This document shows, in pieces, positions 1-8,609 of a DNA stretch of 64,000 nucleotides. The notes under the pieces are model-generated. The model saw nothing but the letters and a program-made list of their open reading frames with translations. It was not told the origin of the DNA and made no database searches. Origin of the DNA: Thermoanaerobaculaceae bacterium (GTDB lineage: Bacteria > Acidobacteriota > Thermoanaerobaculia > Multivoradales > UBA5704); assembly GCA_963712665.1 (NCBI GenBank), contig CAVQIV010000021.1, positions 161,922 to 225,921 of the forward strand. The letters run 5' to 3'. A program made the translations under genes and the position numbers. Positions within the stretch are counted from its first letter, which is position 1. Each line of letters begins with the position of its first letter.

Positions 1-408
1 GTCCGCGGCGGCGAGCAGGGGGGAGAGACGGCGCAGCACCTGGCGGGCCCGCCAGGGCGGGATGACGAGGCCGTCCGGCGCATCGTAGACGATCCGCTCG
101 ATGGCCGGACCCGAGGGGAAGGCCACGGCCGGCTGGGGTGCCCCGGGGTCTCCCTCCACCAGGCTCTGGCCGTAGAGACGGAGGCGGAGGTCGTCCCGAT
201 CGCTCAGATGGAGGAGGATCTGGTGGAGGTACCAGCCCACGCCGGTCAATTCCTCGTAGAAGGAATTGACGTCCACCGCCACGGTCAACCGCGGCTCGGC
301 ACGCCGGCGGCGGATCTCTCCGACGATCTCCTTGAGCCAGCGCCACGTCTTCCGCAGCCGGCGGGGAGAGCCGAAGCGGAGGACGGCGCGGACGATTTTC
401 TCGGGCAT
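1..408 (-). CDS. Glycosyltransferase (GT4/GT-B-like), N-terminal part; the gene runs off the left edge
   Basis: Not in the ORF track. My translation from the ATG (complement of 406-408) reads MPEKIVRAVLRFGSPRRLRKTWRWLKEIVGEIRRRRRAEPRLTVAVDVNSFYEELTGVGWYLHQILLHL... The 'VAVDVNSF..ELTGVGWY' start is typical of GT4 N-termini. The gene is divergent from the membrane protein at 456. Confidence 0.45.
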   Translation of the reverse strand, partial: MPEKIVRAVLRFGSPRRLRKTWRWLKEIVGEIRRRRAEPRLTVAVDVNSFYEELTGVGWYLHQILLHLSDRDDLRLRLYGQSLVEGDPGAPQPAVAFPSGPAIERIVYDAPDGLVIPPWRARQVLRRLSPLLAAAD

Positions 409-455
409 TTGGGAAAGAGTGTATCGTTGACCCTCGACGGTTGATCCTCGACGAA

Positions 456-2174
456 ATGCGCTTCCGAGCCCGATACCTCCTCTTTTCGGTCCTTTTCCCC
501 TCTCTCCTCTTGCTGGGGCTCGCGGGAACGCTCTCGGGCGTATCGTCCTACCTCCCCTCCGGCGACAGCGCCACGGATCTGATGATCGTCCAGAGCCTCT
601 GGCACGATCACGACCTTATCTATACCCGGGCGGACCTGGATCGCGCCGAGCGCCTCTGGCCCGGCGGTCCGGCTGGCCTCACCCTGTTCACGAACGATGG
701 TGGCAAGACTCTGTGCTACGGCCAGCCCCTGGCCTGGCCCCTGATCGTCTTGCCCTTCTACGCTCTGCTGGGTGTGACCGGCATGATTCTTTTCAACGCG
801 GCCTTGTTCCTGGCCATGGCTGCCGCCGCCTTGTGGCACCTGCGGGAGGAGCCGGGAGCGGCCCTGTTCACGGGCGGCTTCTTCTTCGCTTCCGCGGCTC
901 TGGTCTATGCCTTCCGCCTGGAATCGCAGACGCTCGTCATGGCCTGCGTCTTCTTCCCGCTCGTCATCTGGCAGCGCCTGCGGGACCGCCCTGGGGCCTT
1001 GGCCATCGCGGGGGCCCTCCTCGGCCTGCTTCTGGTGGCGAGCCCCTGGGCCGCCCTCCTGGGTCTGCCGATCCTCGTGGATCTGGCCTGGCGTCGCCGG
1101 GTCCGGAGCCTTCTGGCTCTGGCTCTCGCGGCCCTCCTCGTCGCCGGGCTCCTGATGGGCCTTCAGCGTCACGCCACGGGGGAGAGGCGCACCTTTGAAG
1201 CCGAGTTCCCTCTGGAGAGCCCTCGCAATCTCTGGCAGGGTGCCGCCCGGGACGACGGCCATCCCCTCGATCTCGCCGCCGGCCTGCGCCTCCTGCCGCG
1301 GAATCTCGGGTATCTCGCGGTGGGCCGCTTCACGGGATTGCTGCCGTACTTCCCGTTCGCCCTCTTCGCCCTGGGACTCTACGTGCTGGGTCCGAGAGAT
1401 CGCTCCCGGCACCTCCTGGCCGCCTCCCTCGCCGTCTATGGGATCGCCATCCTGCTCGTTCATCCCAACGACTTCGCGGGCGCTCCGGGTTTCGTGGGGA
1501 GCCGGTACTGGGCCGCCGTCTATCCGGCCTTCCTCTTCCTCCCGGGCCGGCTCGACGTCCGCCGCAGCCTCATCCTTCCCTATCTGGCTGCCGGATTGTG
1601 GACGGCCCTGGCCGTGGCGGGCTCGCTGCCGCGGGTGGTGCCCGATTCCTTCCGGGCGCAGACCGCGGCGCCCGTCTTCCTGCGTCTGCCCCTGGAGCTG
1701 ACCCTCATCCCAGGCGGCAGGCTCCCGGGCTACGAGGCCCAGACCTGGAACGGAGCCGTCTGGATCGTGCCGCGGCGCACCTTCTTCACGGACGCGCGCC
1801 AGCCGGAGGGAGTCTGGGTCCGGGGCTCCTCCCGCTCCGAGGTGATCGTCGTGTCGCCGCGGCCGATCGCGAGGCTCACCTTCCTCGCCTACTCGTTCGC
1901 CGCGCGCAACGAGCTGCGTCTGGACTCCGGAGCCGACCGCCTGCGGGTCCGCTTCGACACCCAGGGGAAGCGCGAAGGCACGCCCATCACCCTAGCCGTC
2001 CGTCCCGCGGCGCAGGATCTGGGCTTCTTCTCCCAATTCTCTCAGACAGGCGAGCGATTCTACCGATTCACCCTGGAGACCACGGGCGGCCTCGTCCCCG
2101 CCCGGCACGATCCCCAGAGCCGCGACACGCGCGATCTCGGCGTCTTTCTCGACTTCACTCCCCAGGCCCGATAG
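456..2174 (+). CDS. Polytopic membrane protein with a soluble C-terminal domain; possible GT-C-fold glycosyltransferase, function unassigned
   Basis: Track ORF 441..2174 starts at a TTG; I prefer the in-frame ATG at 456 (MRFRARYLLFSVLF...). It has many hydrophobic helices, sensible codon usage and sits in a glycosyltransferase neighbourhood. Confidence 0.6.
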   Translation: MRFRARYLLFSVLFPSLLLLGLAGTLSGVSSYLPSGDSATDLMIVQSLWHDHDLIYTRADLDRAERLWPGGPAGLTLFTNDGGKTLCYGQPLAWPLIVLPFYALLGVTGMILFNAALFLAMAAAALWHLREEPGAALFTGGFFFASAALVYAFRLESQTLVMACVFFPLVIWQRLRDRPGALAIAGALLGLLLVASPWAALLGLPILVDLAWRRRVRSLLALALAALLVAGLLMGLQRHATGERRTFEAEFPLESPRNLWQGAARDDGHPLDLAAGLRLLPRNLGYLAVGRFTGLLPYFPFALFALGLYVLGPRDRSRHLLAASLAVYGIAILLVHPNDFAGAPGFVGSRYWAAVYPAFLFLPGRLDVRRSLILPYLAAGLWTALAVAGSLPRVVPDSFRAQTAAPVFLRLPLELTLIPGGRLPGYEAQTWNGAVWIVPRRTFFTDARQPEGVWVRGSSRSEVIVVSPRPIARLTFLAYSFAARNELRLDSGADRLRVRFDTQGKREGTPITLAVRPAAQDLGFFSQFSQTGERFYRFTLETTGGLVPARHDPQSRDTRDLGVFLDFTPQAR

Positions 2175-2183
2175 CCTCTCCCC

Positions 2184-2588
2184 ATGTCCGCCGACTCTCC
2201 TCCTCCCTCCTCCCCCGACCTCCGCGTCGCCGAGGTCCTCCAGAAGGTCCGTTCCGGCGTGCGCCAGCGCCAGGCCGAGTCCACCACGCTCTCGGCCGGC
2301 GGGGAGGAGACGAGGAGCGGTCTGCTGGCCCTGAAGGCGAGAGAGTACGTGCAGGAGCCGGTGGCATTCTCCCACCGTCCGCGCTGGGGGAGGCTCATCG
2401 TCCTTGCCCGCAAGGCGTTCTACAAAGCCTTCCTCAAGTGGTTCCTGCGGCCCGTGCTGGAGCAGCAGAACGGCTTCAACCAGGCGGCGGCGCGCCTCAT
2501 CGAGGACCTGGTGGAGGCCAATGACCGGCTGGCGCGCGAGCTGCGGCAGTTGGAGCAGCGACTGAAGGACCGCGAGGGCGGCCCGTGA
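2184..2588 (+). CDS. Hypothetical coiled-coil protein in the glycosyltransferase operon
   Basis: 134-aa ORF whose stop overlaps the GTG start of the next gene (2585). The C-terminus 'LIEDLVEANDRLARELRQLEQRLKD' is coiled-coil-like. Confidence 0.55.
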   Translation: MSADSPPPSSPDLRVAEVLQKVRSGVRQRQAESTTLSAGGEETRSGLLALKAREYVQEPVAFSHRPRWGRLIVLARKAFYKAFLKWFLRPVLEQQNGFNQAAARLIEDLVEANDRLARELRQLEQRLKDREGGP

Positions 2589-3643
2589 AACCCCGTATCG
2601 TCATCTGCGCCACCCAGGTGCCGTTCTCCTACGGCGGCGCCGAGATGCTGGTGGATTCGCTCCGCGACGAGCTCAAAGCCCGGGGCTTCGAAGTGGACGT
2701 GGCGGCCATCCCCTTCCACTGGCCCACGCGGGTGGAGCTGCTCAAGGGGAGCCTCGCCTGGCGGCTGGTGAACCTCGAAGAGGGGGGAGGCAAGCGCATC
2801 GATCGGGTGATCGCCACGCGCTTCCCCTCCTATCTCGTCAAGCATCCCAACAAAGTCGTCTGGCTCATCCATCAGCTCCGGCAGGCCTACGACCTCCTGG
2901 GCACGCCCTACAGCGACTTCACGGATCGGGAGCCGCGCGACGCCAAGGTGCTGGAGATGATCCGCGCCATGGATCGCCGCACCCTTTCCGAGGCCCGGGC
3001 CGTCTACACGATCTCCGGCAACGTGACGGAGCGCCTGCGCCGCAACAATCAGGTGGAAGCGGAGGTGCTCTATCCGCCGCCGAAGCTCGATCCGCTCTAT
3101 CACCCTGGACCGTCCGGCGACTATATTTTTACCGTCGGCCGTCTCGATCCCCTGAAGCGTTTCGATCTCCTGGTCCGGGCCATGAAGCACACCGAGACCC
3201 CCGTGCGCTGCCGCATCGCCGGTACCGGTCCCGAGCGCGAGGCCTTGAGCGATCTGATCGCCCGCTTGGGATTGCAGGAGAAAGTCGAGCTCCTGGGCTG
3301 GGTGGAGGATCGCGACGTCGTCGAGCAATACGCCAACTGCCTCGGCGTCTACTACGCGCCCTACGACGAGGACTACGGCTACGTCACCGTCGAAGCCTAC
3401 AAAGCGGCCAAGCCGGTGATCACCACCGCCGATTCCGGCGGCGTCCTGGAGTTCGTGGAAGACGGCAAGAACGGTTTCGTCTGCCCGCCCGACTCACCCC
3501 GCGAGATCGGAGCCCACATCGACGCGCTCTACCAGGATCGTGAAAAAGCCCGCGCGATGGGGCTCGCGGGGCAGACGAAGGTGCGGGGGATTACGTGGGA
3601 TCGGGTGATTGAGAGGTTGACGGGAGGGAGAGATGGCTGCTGA
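2585..3643 (+). CDS. Glycosyltransferase family 4 (GT-B fold)
   Basis: 352 aa. The N-terminus 'KPRIVICATQVPFSYGGAEMLV' and the C-terminal half '...YYAPYDEDYGYVTVEAYKAAKPVITTADSGGVLEFVEDGKNGFV' carry the typical GT4 EX7E-type region. Confidence 0.85.
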   Translation: MKPRIVICATQVPFSYGGAEMLVDSLRDELKARGFEVDVAAIPFHWPTRVELLKGSLAWRLVNLEEGGGKRIDRVIATRFPSYLVKHPNKVVWLIHQLRQAYDLLGTPYSDFTDREPRDAKVLEMIRAMDRRTLSEARAVYTISGNVTERLRRNNQVEAEVLYPPPKLDPLYHPGPSGDYIFTVGRLDPLKRFDLLVRAMKHTETPVRCRIAGTGPEREALSDLIARLGLQEKVELLGWVEDRDVVEQYANCLGVYYAPYDEDYGYVTVEAYKAAKPVITTADSGGVLEFVEDGKNGFVCPPDSPREIGAHIDALYQDREKARAMGLAGQTKVRGITWDRVIERLTGGRDGC

Positions 3644-3812
3644 TCATAAGGATGTACCCATACCTGCCTGGCATTGGGAGGTGATCGAGGAGCGCCTTAA
3701 GGCTCATCGAGCGAATCCCTCTGAGGTAGAAACGTGGGAGGAGGTTCGCCGGGAGCTCCTGGAAAAGCTACGGCGACAGCGTGCGGATCGAGTTTCGCGG
3801 CCTCCGCGTTGA
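3633..3812 (+). CDS. Small addiction-module-antitoxin-like protein (59 aa), with no recognisable toxin partner
   Basis: Below the ORF-track size cutoff. My translation is MAADHKDVPIPAWHWEVIEERLKAHRANPSEVETWEEVRRELLEKLRRQRADRVSRPPR. It resembles the 'putative addiction module component' family and the second copy at 52283-52513. Its ATG overlaps the last codons of the GT4 gene. Confidence 0.5.
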   Translation: MAADHKDVPIPAWHWEVIEERLKAHRANPSEVETWEEVRRELLEKLRRQRADRVSRPPR

Positions 3813-3876
3813 CCGCCCGCGGGTGTGGTCCTAGAATCCCCTCAAGCCCTAGCGCCATCCCCCAGGAGGAACCCCC

Positions 3877-4275
3877 ATGAGCTCGGCTCTCTATATCGTT
3901 CTTGATCGCGAGGTCCCCGGCCTCGACACGTTCATGAACGGCAAGGCGCTGGCTGCCGCAGAGGAGGTGGTGACGGCCCAGTGTGAACGTCTGGGCGTGC
4001 GCGACCTCTGGTCGTTCTACAGCGTCGATCCGCTCGACGTGGCCGATCCGCTGGACGACCTCGACGATTTCGGCGAGCCGGACAGCCGCGAGGTGGGCTC
4101 CGTGACGGAGTCCTGGTTCCCGCCCACCGACGGGCTGGCCACCATCCGCGCCCTCCGGGAGGCGCTGCGAGGGAAAGCCGTTTCGGCTGTGCTGGAGGAC
4201 CTGGGCGACATGGAGCGCATCCTCGCCGAAGCGGAGCGGGCCGGCGCCCGCTGGTATCTGGCGGTGGATCACTGA
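3877..4275 (+). CDS. Hypothetical acidic protein
   Basis: 132-aa ORF with an AGGAGG RBS 7-8 nt upstream and plausible codon usage. I recognise no family. Confidence 0.5.
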   Translation: MSSALYIVLDREVPGLDTFMNGKALAAAEEVVTAQCERLGVRDLWSFYSVDPLDVADPLDDLDDFGEPDSREVGSVTESWFPPTDGLATIRALREALRGKAVSAVLEDLGDMERILAEAERAGARWYLAVDH

Positions 4276-4640
4276 GTCGACCCGGCGAGACGTTATTTCT
4301 GCTTTGTCGGATGGCCCGGCTCAGCCGGGGCTCTTCCGCATGGCGCAGAGCCCCGGCGTTGCCCTGGCGCAGAACCGCCGGCCGTGCGGTTGGCCCAGGG
4401 CTCCGGAACGGTCCGCCGCTCCCACGGCCCGCTCCAGGGATCGCCCGTAGGCGATCGGCCGGGAGCTACGGCGCGACGGCCGCCTCCCGGCGTGTTCAGT
4501 TTTCAAAGATCCACGCTTCCCCTTCCCGCTGGTCTCGCTCGACGACTCTTCCGGAGGTCGGATCTTCTTACGTCGCCGGCGGGCCGGCCGTCCAAGGCAG
4601 AGAAAAGGGAAATGTCGGAGAAACGGTCTTCGGAGTCGGC

Positions 4641-4871
4641 TGGCCGGCGTTCGCGAGGCTCCGACCGGCGTTCGCGATCCTCTGGCCGACGTTCGCGAGC
4701 CTCGCGTGAACATCGGTGAGCCTCTGGCCGACGCCGGCCGGACCCTGATGAGCGCCGGCCAGTCGTTCGCGAACGTTCATCGGTCGATGGCGAGCGTCGG
4801 CCCGTCGCTGATGGGCGCCGGCCGATCGATGGCGAACGCCGGCGAGACGATTTTCAATCGGGAGAATTGGA
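4641..4871. repeat. Array 1: eleven tandem 21-nt degenerate units in strict phase
   Basis: Units start at 4641, 4662, 4683, 4704, 4725, 4746, 4767, 4788, 4809, 4830 and 4851. Examples: tggccggcgttcgcgaggctc / cgaccggcgttcgcgatcctc / tggccgacgttcgcgagcctc / tgatgagcgccggccagtcgt / tgatgggcgccggccgatcga. Looser 24-26-nt 'tggcgcaga...' units lie upstream (4312-4420). Confidence 0.8.
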
Positions 4872-5006
4872 CGCCAGCGGCCGGCGCTCCGTATGCCTGC
4901 TTTGAAGTGGACAGCGCGGCTCCGAGGATCTCTGGATCCGAGGGGGCAGCGTGCTCTTTGACAGACGACGTAAACGATGCCGAGGACAGCCGTCTCGGGC
5001 GGCGGC

Positions 5007-5085
5007 GGCTGTCCTCGAATAGGCTGTCCTCGAGTAGGATAATGCAGGCCAGCATAATGCTTGGCTGCATAATGTCGTGGCTCTC
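5007..5085 (+). promoter_or_regulatory. 15-nt tandem repeat block directly upstream of the GT4 start; three phased ATAATG (-10-like) boxes
   Basis: ggctgtcctcga(a/g)ta occurs twice (5007, 5022), followed by three g(g/c)ataatg units (5037, 5052, 5067). gcaggccagc-ataat-gcttggctgc is an imperfect palindrome. The ATG of the GT4 gene is at 5093. Confidence 0.3.
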
Positions 5086-5092
5086 TCCCCCT

Positions 5093-6467
5093 ATGCGCGT
5101 CGCCCTCTTCAGCCCTCTGCCCCCCATGAAGTCGGGGATCGCCGACTACACGGCCGAGCTGCTGCCCTGGCTGGCCGAGGAGTGCGAGGTCGAGCTGATC
5201 GTGGACGCGGGGCTCCGTCCCGATCCGGCCCTGGCCGGGCGCTTCCCGGTGCACGGCCACCGCGAGCTGCCCGAGATGCTGCGGCAGGGACGGTTCGATG
5301 TCGTCCTCTACCATCTCGGCAACAATCCGGATTACCACGCCGAGATCTATCGGACGCTGCTTAAGCATCCCGGCGTGGTGGTGCTGCACGAGGCTGTGAT
5401 CCACCACATGGTGCGGGAGATCACCCTCCATGCCGGCGAGCCTGAGGATTACGTGCGCGAGATGCACTACGCCTACGGCCGCACGGGCGAGGCCGCGGCC
5501 CGGCGGTGCGTGGCCACCGGCGTGCCTCTCGATCCCTGGAGCTATCCCCTGTTCGAGCGGGTGGTGGACACGAGCCTGGGGGTGATCGTCCACAACCGCT
5601 TCACCCGCGACCGGGTGCTGGCGAGCCGTCCCCTGGCACGCCTCGCGATCGTTCCCCATCATCTGAGCCTGGAGGGGCTGACGGTGCCCACCGCGGAGGA
5701 AGCCCGGGCGGCGCTGGGGATCGAGCCCGGCACGTTCGTCATCGCCACGTTCGGATTTCTCACCGCGTCCAAGCGTCCCGAGGTGCTGCTGCGCGCCTTT
5801 GCCCGGCTGCGGCGAGAGATCCCCGCGGCCCGCTTCCTGATCGTGGGGGAGGTCTCGCCCCACTTCGACTTCGCGCGGATCTTCAACCCGGAGCTGCGCG
5901 AGGGCGTCACCGTCACGGCCGTCTGGATCTCGACCGCTTCCTTCTCTATATGCAGGCATGCGACGTGGCCGTGAACCTGCGCCACCCCACGGCCGGCGAG
6001 ACCTCGGGCACGGTGATCCGCCTGCTGGGGATGGGCAAGCCGCTGATCGTCAACAACACCGGCGCCTTTGCCGAGATCCCGGACGACTGCTGCGCCAAGG
6101 TGGACCTCGACGATACCGAGGAGGATCTGCTGCTGGCCTATCTGCGCGCCTTGGCCGGCGACAAGGGCTTGCGCCGCCGCATGGGCGACAACGCCCGCCG
6201 TCACATGGCCGAGCACCATACCCTCGCCGGCTCGGCCCGCGGCTATGCCGACTTCCTTCGTGAGACCGTGGCGATGGACGTCCAGCCTTTCCGCGCCGTG
6301 CCGCCGCTCGCCGCCTATCCGGAGGACGACCTGCTCTCCGATCTCGTCCGCGACGTCACGGCCGAGATGGTGGACTTGGGGTCGGCGAAGAGGATGACGA
6401 TCTGTTGCGGGAGGTTTCGGCGGCGATGGTGGAGTTGGATCTGGATCGCGCGGACTCAACCGTATAA
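5093..6467 (+). pseudogene. Glycosyltransferase family 4, interrupted by two 1-nt frame changes (or assembly indels)
   Basis: The gene starts MRVALFSPLPPMKSGIADYTAELLP. Frame 1 reads to ...REGVTVT (~5917) and frame 2 continues GRLDLDRFLLYMQACDVAVNLRHPTAGETSGTVIRLLGMGKPLIVNNTGAFAEIP. A second shift falls in the GGGG run at 6378-6381, after which it reads ...VDLGVGEEDDDLLREVSAAMVELDLDRADSTV*, with the stop at 6465-6467. Confidence 0.7.
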
Positions 6468-6474
6468 TTCACTC

Positions 6475-6891
6475 ATGCCCGCCATCCAACGCATCCTCGA
6501 AACCGCTCTCTATTGTGACGATCTCGAGCGCGCCACGGCGTTCTACCGCGACGTCATGGGGTTGCGCATCCTCGACGCCGGACCGCGGTTGGTGGCCCTG
6601 GACGCCGGGCAGGCCAGCGTTCTCCTCCTCTTCCAGCGCGGCGCCACGGTCCAAGGCGTGAGCCTCGGCAGCGAGGGATACATCCCCCCTCACGACGGCA
6701 ACGGCCCCGTCCACCTCGCCTTCGCCATCCGCCGCGAGGAGCTGGAGGAATGGGAGCGCCACCTCCTGGAGCACAGCGTCTTCGTGGAGAGCCGGGTGCA
6801 GTGGGACCGCGGCGGCAAGAGCCTGTATTTCCGCGATCCCGAAGGCCACTCGGTGGAGCTCGCGACGCCGGGCGTGTGGGCGACGTACTAG
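6475..6891 (+). CDS. VOC family protein (glyoxalase/bleomycin-resistance/dioxygenase fold)
   Basis: MPAIQRILETALYCDDLERATAFYRDVMGLRILD...YFRDPEGHSVELATPGVW. This is the typical VOC beta-alpha-beta-beta-beta module. Confidence 0.85.
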   Translation: MPAIQRILETALYCDDLERATAFYRDVMGLRILDAGPRLVALDAGQASVLLLFQRGATVQGVSLGSEGYIPPHDGNGPVHLAFAIRREELEEWERHLLEHSVFVESRVQWDRGGKSLYFRDPEGHSVELATPGVWATY

Positions 6892-7616
6892 GCCGGCCGC
6901 ACCGGCTTCAAATCCTCCCAGCGAGCCGGCTCGATCTCGACTTCGTAGAAGAGGTCTTTGGTTTTCTCCGCCGCCTTGAGAGCGGTGTCGATCTGGTCCG
7001 CGGCAGGCTGGAAGATGAAGGGCCGGCGGGGGTAGAGGCGATCGTTGACCCAGAAGCGGTTCCATTCGTGGGTGGTGGCGATGAACTCCTGGGTGAAGCC
7101 GGCGGCGGTGGGATATTTGCCTTCGACCTCGAGGCAGCCGTGGATGCAGATGTCCACGTAGGACTGCACGATCGGGAACTGGAAGGTGGGCAGGTTGTTT
7201 TCGATCTGGTCCGGCGGGATCAGATTGATGTAGGCCCACACCAGCCCCTCGATCGGCTTGTCGCGACCGTCGAGCATCTCGATCTGATCGCTCTCGATAC
7301 GGCAACGCTGATAGCCGGCGCTCTCCCGCCGGTCCGTCGCGGCGAGCTCCTCGGCGGAGACCTTGTAGATCACGCCGTTGCACGTTGCTGGAGGGAGCGT
7401 CTCGGCGATGACGGCGCCGAGGTAGGTCGTGGTCAATCCGCTCTTCCCGCCGCGTGCCCACCAACCCCGGCGGATGCCGCGCACCCGCGCCGGCCAGGCG
7501 TCGCGCGCCGACGGCGTGGTCCGCTGCCGCGACTCGTCCTCGATGAGCGAGCCGTAGCCGAAGATGTAGTTCTGTGGTCCCTTGGGTCCGCTGTTGCTGA
7601 TGTTGACGCAGTCCAT
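6888..7616 (-). CDS. Gamma-glutamylcyclotransferase-like (GGCT/AIG2-like) protein
   Basis: 242 aa. It has the N-terminal 'YIFGYGSL' motif characteristic of the GGCT fold. It converges on the VOC gene with a 4-nt overlap. Confidence 0.7.
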   Translation of the reverse strand: MDCVNISNSGPKGPQNYIFGYGSLIEDESRQRTTPSARDAWPARVRGIRRGWWARGGKSGLTTTYLGAVIAETLPPATCNGVIYKVSAEELAATDRRESAGYQRCRIESDQIEMLDGRDKPIEGLVWAYINLIPPDQIENNLPTFQFPIVQSYVDICIHGCLEVEGKYPTAAGFTQEFIATTHEWNRFWVNDRLYPRRPFIFQPAADQIDTALKAAEKTKDLFYEVEIEPARWEDLKPVRPA

Positions 7617-7628
7617 CTCTTTCTCCCC

Positions 7629-8519
7629 TCAGCCGTTCGCCTTCAGCTCGCCGACGATCATCTGGATCTGTTGATCGGGCTCTTCCATCAACGGGATGCT
7701 GCCGGCGCCTTTGTGGCCGCCGCCGCCGTAACGGGCCGCGAGCTCGCCGACGTTGGTCTTGCAGGTGCGCCGGAAGATGCTGTGGCCGAGGATCAGCAGC
7801 GGGAACTTGCGGTCCGGACCCCAGTGGATGCGCGCCGAGACGTTGACCTCGGGGTAGAGCGCATAGATCAGGAAACGGTTGCCGATGGGCGTGTGGTCGA
7901 GGCCGCGGAAGTCGGTGATCACCACGTTGCCGTCCACCCGGCTGTGCTCGCGTAGCGCCTCGCAGAAGTGCTGGTTCTCGCCCTCGATGAGCAGGCAGCG
8001 GGCCTTCACCGAGGGATCGTCGAGAACGTCTTCGATCGGCGTCTCGTTGCGCAGCAGGTCCACCAGGTCGTGGAAGTAGTCCTCGAAGTGGCCGATGCCG
8101 GTGCGGCCGTCGATGGTGAACCCAAGCTTGATGTAGCCCTGGGGATCGAGCACGTCGCTCGGCGTCAGGTCGGCCGAGTCGAGGCGGTCGGTCTCGCGCA
8201 CCAGCTCCGCGAACTGCGGCATGGCCGCCTCGCCGCCGTAGTACTCGTAGACCAGCCGCGCCGCCGACGGCGCCTGGGCGAAGGCGCCCTTGAAGCCCAC
8301 GGGCACGTGCGGCGTCGCCGTGTGCAGGTGGTGGTCGAACCACAGGGCGCAGTTGGGGTGGTAGGGGAGGTTGGCGATGACGTCGTCCGGCCGGATGTCC
8401 GCCCGCCCGTCGCTGATGTCCTGGGGATGGATGAGCGAGATGCCGGTGATGTCCTCGTTGACCGAGAGCAGCACGGCGCACGTCAGACCGTCGAGGTCGC
8501 CACGAGTTACGAGTCGCAT
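7629..8519 (-). CDS. DHH/DHHA1-family phosphoesterase (COG2404-like)
   Basis: It starts MRLVTRGDLDGLTCAVLL and contains 'WFDHHLH' (DHH motif) and 'YGGGGHKGAGS' (DHHA1 GGGH motif). Confidence 0.75.
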   Translation of the reverse strand: MRLVTRGDLDGLTCAVLLSVNEDITGISLIHPQDISDGRADIRPDDVIANLPYHPNCALWFDHHLHTATPHVPVGFKGAFAQAPSAARLVYEYYGGEAAMPQFAELVRETDRLDSADLTPSDVLDPQGYIKLGFTIDGRTGIGHFEDYFHDLVDLLRNETPIEDVLDDPSVKARCLLIEGENQHFCEALREHSRVDGNVVITDFRGLDHTPIGNRFLIYALYPEVNVSARIHWGPDRKFPLLILGHSIFRRTCKTNVGELAARYGGGGHKGAGSIPLMEEPDQQIQMIVGELKANG

Positions 8520-8609
8520 GGTGGCTAACGATTATAGCCTTATCGGATAGAATCTCCCCCAGCTATCCCAGTTTCATCGTCGCCGTCTCCTTCTTGGGAG
8601 GGCTCCACC

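Noticed and set aside
285-1463. 392-aa minus-strand ORF overlapping the membrane-protein gene
   Set aside because: It is a shadow frame opposite a hydrophobic, well-behaved plus-strand ORF. The real minus-strand gene in this area is the GT4 fragment at 1-408, which lies in another frame.
4706-5092. N-terminal extension of the GT4 ORF, with a 7-aa repeat (GEPLADA GRTLMSA GQSFANV...) in frame with the enzyme
   Set aside because: The heptads are simply the 21-nt DNA repeat read in an open frame. All three frames on both strands are open here, and substitutions between units are not biased to third codon positions. The canonical GT4 N-terminus (MRVALFSPLPPMKSG) starts at 5093.
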